From NCBI GenBank assembly GCA_964016885.1, contig OZ024740.1:112592001-112656000 (forward strand): a stretch of DNA of 64,000 nt, in the 5' to 3' direction. Both the position numbers and the translations under genes were made by a program. The stretch is from Eledone cirrhosa (Eukaryota). The notes under the pieces were generated by a model that saw nothing but the letters and a program-made list of their open reading frames with translations, did not search any database and was not told the origin of the DNA. Positions 55,792 to 64,000 of the stretch are shown here, in pieces; position 1 is the first letter of the stretch, and each line of letters opens with the position of its first letter.

Positions 55792-56988
55792 TTATGTACA
55801 TTATACATATATACTCCTATCCATATGTTGTTTGTCCCAAGCCCGAAGGTCATCAGGCCGTAGATTATCCGGATTCATTGACGTTAAGTGACTAAAAGTA
55901 CAAGACTTCCTCCTGGCTATGACGCCAGTCTACCACAGTGTTAAACTCCACCATAGAGCATTGATTATAGAGTACGGTGAAGAGTATATTTCTTATAGAG
56001 TACCATTCACGGAGTAGTGAAACAGTGCTATTGCTGTTGTTACACCTTCCCATTTCAAAATTTTAGTCAACTCCATTCTTCACATTTTCCTTTCCCAGCA
56101 TCATCATATTCCCAACACCCCCACCGCCAAATCAGCTCCCACAGAACTCATGTCATCGTTGCATACTGGTTTCCTCAAATCTAACCCTCAGTATTATTTT
56201 TACGCCCAAGCTATAATCTTTACCCTCTCTCCCTCTCTCTCCCTCTCTCTCTCCCGCTCCTTCTCCCTCTTTCTCTTTCTATCTCTCTCTCATTCTCTCT
56301 CTCTCCACGAAGAAGGACTATCGTCTGAAACCGTTCTTCATAGAGATATTTGTACAAGCAATAAAAACAATATCACTAATATTGGACGAATCTATGAAAG
56401 GATCTTTGGCAGCCACCCCTGCCCCTCATATTCTGCCTATGGTTGGATACATAAAACCAATACATTCACACGTATCTTTCATAAACAAACACAAACACAC
56501 ACACACACACACACACACACCACGCCACCTACATCCACACCACGTATAAACACAAACACACACGTGCGTATCCCCACATACACACACTCAGCCTTCGGAA
56601 TCCCCCCCCCGACCCTCTCTCCATCCACACGCACGCACACACCGACTTACACCCCACCCCATGTACACAGCGGTTCCCCTTTACCCGAACATGGAACCTC
56701 ATTCTTCCCCCAACTCTCACATTCACATACACACACACACACACACGTACATCTACACACATACACAAACACCACCTTCAACCCTCCCCGCTCGGACCCC
56801 CCGCCTCCCTCTCCCAACTCCACCCCTACACGCTCACACCCTTCCACCACTTGTTTATTTTTGTTTATTTTTATTTTTATTTGTACTTCTAAGAAAAAAA
56901 AAAAATCGCCACCCCCCTCCTTTTTAAAAAATGTCTTTCCCCCACTCCCCCACACACCCTCGGAACTCTCTTCCTACCCACTTTTCTC

Positions 56989-57019
56989 CTGATGAAGGGC
57001 TTATGCCCGAAACGTCGTC
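56989..57019 (+). ncRNA. Minimal hammerhead-like core
   Basis: CTGATGA-a-gggc ttat gccc-GAAA-cgtcg-TC; stem I poorly supported. Confidence 0.45.
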
Positions 57020-57303
57020 CCTCACCCCCCACTCTCAAAAGCATGAACCTAATAAACTACCATTTGTACTGCCTCTCTTGTTTTTGTTTCTGTCTAATAT
57101 TTAACTATATATATATATATATATATGCAAAAGTTTTATTTAAAATTGTTGGGTTACAACGAGTAAATATTTTATAACTGATATAAAAGCACTCAACAAG
57201 TTTTGGAGTATTTTACGATATTAAACAAATGGAAACTACATTTATAAAACCATATTTATTTCATTATATATATTTCAGTTTTATTAAAACTGTTTATATA
57301 TTG

Positions 57304-57371
57304 TATTTTGTCTGAAGAGGGCATACCATATTTTTTTAATATGATATCCCTGAAATATATATAATGAAATA
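57304..57371 (+). ncRNA. Type I hammerhead motif
   Basis: tattttgt-CTGAAGA-ggg...ccct-GAAA-tatata-TA-atgaaata; degenerate inverted relative (CTGGTGA) at 57491-57556. Confidence 0.65.
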
Positions 57372-57412
57372 AATATGGTTTTATAAATGTAGTTTCCATT
57401 TGTTTAATATCG

Positions 57413-57445
<33 letters not shown>

Positions 57446-57714
57446 ATACAATATATTAACAAATGGAAACTATATTTATAAAACCATATTTATTTCATTA
57501 TACATATTTCAAGGGCCACCAAGGCAGATTATGGTGCGCTTTCACCAGATAAAATATAATACAGATTAGTTTTATAAATAAATATTGACATACCCTGAAA
57601 AAATGCAACCTTAACGGTTGGAGCTTCGTGGATAGTCAATAATTTGTTGAGTGCTTTATATCAGTTATAAAAATATTTTAGCTTGTTGTATCCCAACAAA
57701 TTAAATATAACCTC

Positions 57715-57827
<113 letters not shown>

Positions 57828-58495
57828 CTATCCTCCACGCAAGAAACTTATCTGCTTGTCTATCCACCTACCAATATATTTGTTATGTACTTGAACATTT
57901 ATTTTTGCAAAAGAAAATTCCATACCTAACATATATCCATACAAAGATAACTGCACGCAGACACAGACAGACACTTTTACATACACATAAACATATACAC
58001 TGTAAACATACACACATATATTTTCATGTGCACGCAAACTTACATTAGCAAATACACACAAACTTATCTACCTGATATACTAATATTGGACAACGTATAC
58101 AGTCAAAATGGCGGAACAGCGTTTCCCATCATAGCTTTCCATCAAGGCTAGTAAAACTATACTGCAATGGAAATATTCGGTCTAAAAGCAAAAACAGCAG
58201 CCGTCAATTTAGACATTAACAACCATGGGGCCAAGGTCTTCTTATATTTATTTAATTATTTTTCATCACTATCCCTTTTTTCCCCTTCATTTCCATCTCA
58301 ACTTGACTACCTCCGGCACAAACCATCCCGAATCGCCTTCTTTCCCGTACTTGTCCGTCTGTGTATGTATGTGTGTATGTTTGAAATTCTACTTGCTTCC
58401 TGACTAATCCTTATATATATATGTATGTATGTATGTATATATTTATGTATATATATGTATGTATATATATATATAATATATATATATATATAATA

Positions 58496-58535
<40 letters not shown>

Positions 58536-58543
58536 AATATATA

Positions 58544-58658
<115 letters not shown>

Positions 58659-59083
58659 TTATTTATATATATGTACATATATGTACATTTATATATATAT
58701 ATATATAAGTATGTACACGCACATACACATATGTATACAGACGTACAGTAGTATGTATATATATATATACATACATGCACATATATATATATATATGTAC
58801 GTATGGATTCACCGAACATTTATTATAATGCTCGGTGTGTTTGTAAACAAACATCCCGTATTAAGCCGTAGTGTCTAGCAACCATCGTTGCTCCTTTGTT
58901 CAACACTGACAAAGGAACGCTATACCAGTTTCAAGCTTATTAGCTATCGTCAGCTTGTTGAATGTATATACTTACCTTATGCATATTAACGGCTGAGTAG
59001 CCCAATTTGCATATCGAGTGGGTTAATCGGCCGGGTAAACCGAAAACGATAAACGGAAAAAATGAAACGTTTCATTTTTTCCG

Positions 59084-59152
<69 letters not shown>

Positions 59153-59216
59153 GTATGTATATATATGTATATATATGTATGTATATATATATATATGTAT
59201 GTATATATATGTATAT

Positions 59217-59287
<71 letters not shown>

Positions 59288-59419
59288 AAACTCAAAATAA
59301 CAAAACACACACACACACGCACACAACACAACAACAACATCAACTGCCACCACCACCACTACCGCCGCCGCCATCACCATCACCAGCGACCGGGCCTTAA
59401 GAAAACAACTTTAATAATA

Positions 59420-59568
59420 ATTTTTCTGCTTTTGGCACGGATCCAGCATGTGGCCCAGCGCATCACTGGTACTCTCTTTTGTTGACTCCGTGGGGATGGA
59501 CGGCAAGGTTGACCTCGGCGGGATTTGAGCTCAGAGCGTGGAGGGCCGTGACTCTATGCTGTAAAGCA
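59420..59568 (-). mobile_element. Diverged SINE, family 1
   Basis: Recognisable but mutated consensus (gttgacctcggcgggatttgagctcag). Confidence 0.65.
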
Positions 59569-59671
59569 ATTATAATAATACTGGACTGTAGTACGATCGG
59601 CTTCAACTATACAAACTCTTGAAAGTCAACAGTTGACATAATCTTGTAATCTTGTATCAGTAATGACCGTA

Positions 59672-59713
<42 letters not shown>

Positions 59714-59839
59714 AAGTGAGTAGTGTAGCGTGTGTGTGTTTGTCTGTATGTATGAGTGTTGCTATGTGCGCGCATATGTATGCGCGTGTGTGTATGTCGT
59801 ACGTAATAGTGTCAATAAGTGATTTTTTTTTTTTTTTTG

Positions 59840-62800
59840 CGCGGGGACAAAAAATGGATGCCCGATCGCGCAGTTAAACCACTGGGAGTGAAGAACCCCT
59901 AGCCCTTGTCAGGGCATTCTTCTAGGAGAAGGCATCTCAGGAAACTGGGTTAACTCCGACATAAAACCTGCGGCTCAGTAGTTACCGATGATGTTGATCT
60001 TTTCTTCTTTTCGGGTTATAGCTACTGTCGCTCAGAGAGTGGGATTGGCTCAGTGCACAGTCTTTCCTCACTTTAAAAATATTCGTCACGCACAGGCATT
60101 GCACGAGTGCATTAATAATTATTAATAGTGTACTATTAAATGAAATCATTATTATTATTTCTCCACAAATGTCCCTTGGAAGTCTCCCCCCTATTGGGGA
60201 ATTTTTCTTTGTTATTTTATTTCAACCTCTGTTTTTTTACACGCAGAAATGCCCATTTGTACCGTCCTGTATTGTCCTGTACTGTCCTTAATGTCTACTT
60301 TATGTGAACCCTTGTGGTTAATAAAGAAAACATTAATAATTATTAATAGTGTACTATTATTATTATTATTATTATTATTACTATTATTATTACTTTTTTT
60401 TTTTTCAATTCAATGATGTTCCAGAACAATATAAAAGAGATAATTGGCAATTTAGGTTCTGGAACAAAAAAGATCATTGGCAATAAGGGCAGGGGCCCCA
60501 GGTTATCACAGCCTGGGCCCGCTCGTCATCGTGCCATTGTAATAGAGCCAAACAAGGCATTTAGTCTTGGCTGCTGGAACGTACGGACGCTGCTTGACAG
60601 GGATTCCTTGGGGCGTCCTGAACGAAGGACCTCTCTTGTTGCAAAGGAGCTTCGACGTTACGATCTTGACATCGTGGCTTTATCTGAGATGAGGCTAGCT
60701 GGAGATGGTCATCTTACGGAATTTTGTGGAGAATATACATTCTTCTGGAAAGGAAGAGATGAAGGAACCAGAAGAGAGGCTGGGGTAGGATTTGCTATTA
60801 AGACTGTGCTTGTGAACAAATTAGAAGAATTCCCAGTAGGGATTAGTGAGCGTCTTATGTCCATGAGAGTTCCGCTGGACAAGGGAAGATATGCTACCCT
60901 GGTGAGTGTGTATGCTCCAACTATGAGTTCTGTCGATGAGGAAAAGGTGTCCTTTTACCATGCCTTGAAAGGTGTTTTAAGAAATATCCCTCAGGCAGAC
61001 AAAGTCATCGTCGTGCTTGGTGACTTTAATGCTAGAGTGGGTAGGGATTTTAACACATGGAATGTAATCGGAAGGCATGGGGTGGGAAAGTGTAACAGCA
61101 ATGGTATTCTCCTGCTGCAGATGTGTGAGGAGCTGGATCTGTGTGTTACCAACACCATGTTCCAACAAAAGAACAAATTCAAGACCACATGGATGCATCC
61201 TGCATCTAAGGAATGGCATCTTTTGGACTACGTCCTAGTCAGGATGCGTGACAGACAGGATGTGCAGTGTGTTCGTGTTCTTCGTGGAGCTGAGTGCTGG
61301 ACGGACCACCGCCTGGTACGCGCAAAATTGAAACTAATCACTAAACGTAAAATCCGGGCTCCTGGTGTTGCCCTGCCCAAAAGATTGAATGCTGCTCGTC
61401 TTAAGGATAAAAATGTGAAGTGGACATTGGAAGAAGAGATGCAGGCTGCAGATCTTGGTGAGGATTGGCCGACCCTTAAAAAGTCGGTTTATGATGTAGG
61501 CAGGCGTATTCTGGGATTGGCGCAGAGGAAACATCAGGACTGGTTTGATGAGAATGATGTACATATAGAAGACTTGTTGGCTGATAAGAGGCGTGCTCTG
61601 TCACGCTACTTGACGGCAAAACCACAGGAGAGGAATACATTGCATGAGGAACTCAGGGATGTAAAATCACGTGTTAGGCGGAGTCTTTCTCAGATGAAGG
61701 ATCAGTGGTGGAGTGAGAAGGCTGGTGAGATACAAACTGCGTCTGATTCCAATAACACAAAGCTGTTGTACAGTCTCTTGCGTGAGGTTTATGGACCGTC
61801 TTCTTCTCTGGTGACACCGCTTCGCAGCAAGGATGGCAAAGAACTTCTTCGTGACTCACAGGGAATTCTACGAAGATGGCGAGAGCACTTTGATGATCTT
61901 TTGAATCAGCCGTCTGTCGTCAGTGAAGATTTCCTCAATCTCATTCCTGAAAGTCCTGTGAAAGTAGCTCTCGCAGAACCTCCGACGCTTGTGGAGGTTG
62001 CAGTGGCTATTTCGAAGCTGAACAGTGGAAGATCTCCAGGTATGGATGGCATACATGCTGAGCTCCTACAATATGGTGGTGAGAGACTCCTGCACCATCT
62101 TCACTCTTTGTTTGGCAGGATATGGGCTAATGAATCCGTACCTGAGGACTGGAGAGATGCAGTAATGATGGTCTTGTACAAGGGAAAGGGTAACAGGAAC
62201 GATTGTGGGAACTACAGAGGTATATCATTGCTTTCTGTCGTAGGGAAAGTTTTATGTAGGGTGCTTCTGGACCGTCTGCTGACACACATTGCAGATTGTG
62301 TTCTTCCTGAAAGTCAATCTGGTTTTCGTGCTGGACGCGGCACTACTGATATGATCTTCTCAGCTAGACAGCTCCAGGAGAAGTGCATGGAGCAAGGCTT
62401 GGATCTGTATCAGGTTTTTGTCGATCTGACAAAAGCTTTCGATACTGTTAACAGAGATGCATTATGGAAGGTTCTCCAGAAACTTGGTTGCCCTGATAAG
62501 TTCCTTGCTTTAGTTAGGTCTTTCCATGACGACATGGAGGCTTGGGTTAATGTCGGGGTAACATGTCGGAGCCTATCTCAGTAAAAAATGGAGTGAAACA
62601 GAGGGATATTCCAGCACCGACCCTGTTTGCCATATACTTTGCAATGGTTTTCTGTATTGCATTCAGGAATTGCGAGCATCGTGTTTACATCCGATATCGA
62701 ACCTCAGGCAGCATATTTAACATCAGGCGCTTTGCTGCGAAGACAAGAGTATTTACATCAATCATAAGAGACCTCTTGTATGCAGATGATTGCGATCTTG

Positions 62801-63960
62801 TAGCGCACACAGAGAGAGATATGCAGCACATTTTGAATGCATTTTCTGACGCTTGCACTGCCCTAGGATTGACTGTCAGTCTCAAGAAAACCATCGTCAT
62901 GTACCAACCTGCCCCTGGTAAGCAGTACACTGAACCAAACATCTATGTGTATGGCAAACGACTTGGAGTGGTTGATCAGTTTGTCTACCTGGGAAGCACT
63001 GTCAATCGATACAGCAACCTTGACAGTGAAATCTCACTTAGGATTAGGAAAGCAAGTGATGCTTTCGGAAAGCTAGAAAGGCGACTCTGGGGTCGGCGAG
63101 ACATATGCAGGAGGACAAAGGTAAAGGTGTACAGGGCATGTGTGCTCTCTTGTCTTCTTTATGCCTGCGTACCTGGGTCACATATCGACACCACCTTAAG
63201 CAATTGGAGCGTTTCCATCAGATGTGTCTCAGACGGATCCATGGCGTTCACTGGAGGGACCACATCAGTGATGTCGAGATTTTGGAAAGCTGTATGTGTG
63301 ACAGTATAGAAGCTCTTGTGCTTAAGCAACGACTCCGTTGGAGTGGTCACCTTGCCAGGATGAAGGATTCTAGAATACCAAAACAACTCTTTTATGGAGA
63401 GTTGGTTAAAGGAAAACGACCGCCACATAAACCAAAAAAGAGGTATAAGGATTCCTTGAAAGCCTCTCTGAAAGACGCTAATATCTCTGCTGATACATGG
63501 GAGAATATTGCTGCTGATCGTAATAAATGAAGACTGTATATGAGGGAAAAGTTGCCTTTGAGGCATCTCGAATCGCATACGAGAAAGTAAAGCGGGCTGT
63601 GAGGAAGGGCATTGCTGTTGCACTTCCATACGGCGAGGATCCTCCTATGGTGCTGACATGCAGCGTATGTGCGAGACTCTGCCTAAGCAAAGCTGGACTC
63701 GAAAGTCATCTTCGCAGCCATAAAGTAAGACCAGTGGTTGACTACCAGGCTGCTGTTGGAGATGCTACTCATCATGCTTGCCAAACATGTGGTAGAGAAT
63801 GTAAGTCAGCAGGAGGGCTCAAGCGACATGCAAAAGTACACGAACTCCAACCACAGCCGACTATTCCCAGTGAATGTTTTGGTTGCCGACTCTGTGCAAG
63901 ACATTTTAGATAATTGGCTGGGCTAAAAAGCCACATTCGATCGCAGTGCTGTTAGTTGCT
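59840..63960 (+). mobile_element. RTE-clade LINE, near full length
   Basis: APE-RT ORF with few lesions; GC-richer putative 5' UTR at 59840-60110 (boundary inferred). Confidence 0.85.
60413..63955 (+). pseudogene. RTE ORF2: AP endonuclease + reverse transcriptase + C2H2 zinc fingers; frameshifts near 62560 and 63170, in-frame stops at 63528 and 63911
   Basis: GCWNVRTL, ALSEMRL, GVGF, VYAPT, GDFNARVG, LDY, TDH; YRGISLLS, QSGFR, FVDLTKAFDTV, GVKQ, LYADD, FVYLGS, RLRWSGH..RM. Confidence 0.92.
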
Positions 63961-64000
63961 ATCGTGTGTGTGTGTGTAGATATGCTTATGTGTGTGCGTG

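Noticed and set aside
55830-55860. gtcccaagcccg resembling a twister ribozyme core
   Set aside because: The downstream pseudoknot partner (GAGGG-type) and upstream UAA/P1 elements are missing

Overview
Eukaryotic, AT-rich, repeat-dominated DNA. The SINE/LINE content and (TA)n/(CA)n/(GA)n microsatellites point to an octopod cephalopod (inferred). No host-gene exon could be supported, and most ORF-track entries are microsatellite artefacts. The window holds four degraded Penelope-like retroelements (RT + CxCx5C linker + C-terminal GIY-YIG, all on the minus strand, abutting (TA)n). It also holds a near-complete RTE LINE with C-terminal C2H2 fingers, a Buster/Charlie-type hAT transposon with TIRs and an 8-bp TSD, and three non-autonomous Helitrons (one nested in the hAT). 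There are fragments of RTE, CR1-like, Dong/R4-like and CRE-like LINEs, and many tRNA-derived SINEs. The main hidden signal is RNA-level. By eye I count about 18 type I hammerhead-ribozyme motifs with an intact core and about 14 degenerate or variant ones. They belong to many unrelated short elements lodged in TA microsatellites, often as fold-back or tandem copies. Most share a downstream AATAAA / (A/G)CTC..GAG(T/C) module. One ORF-less element carries three ribozymes and defines a 2362-nt ribozyme-to-ribozyme unit. All folds were read manually, not computed.
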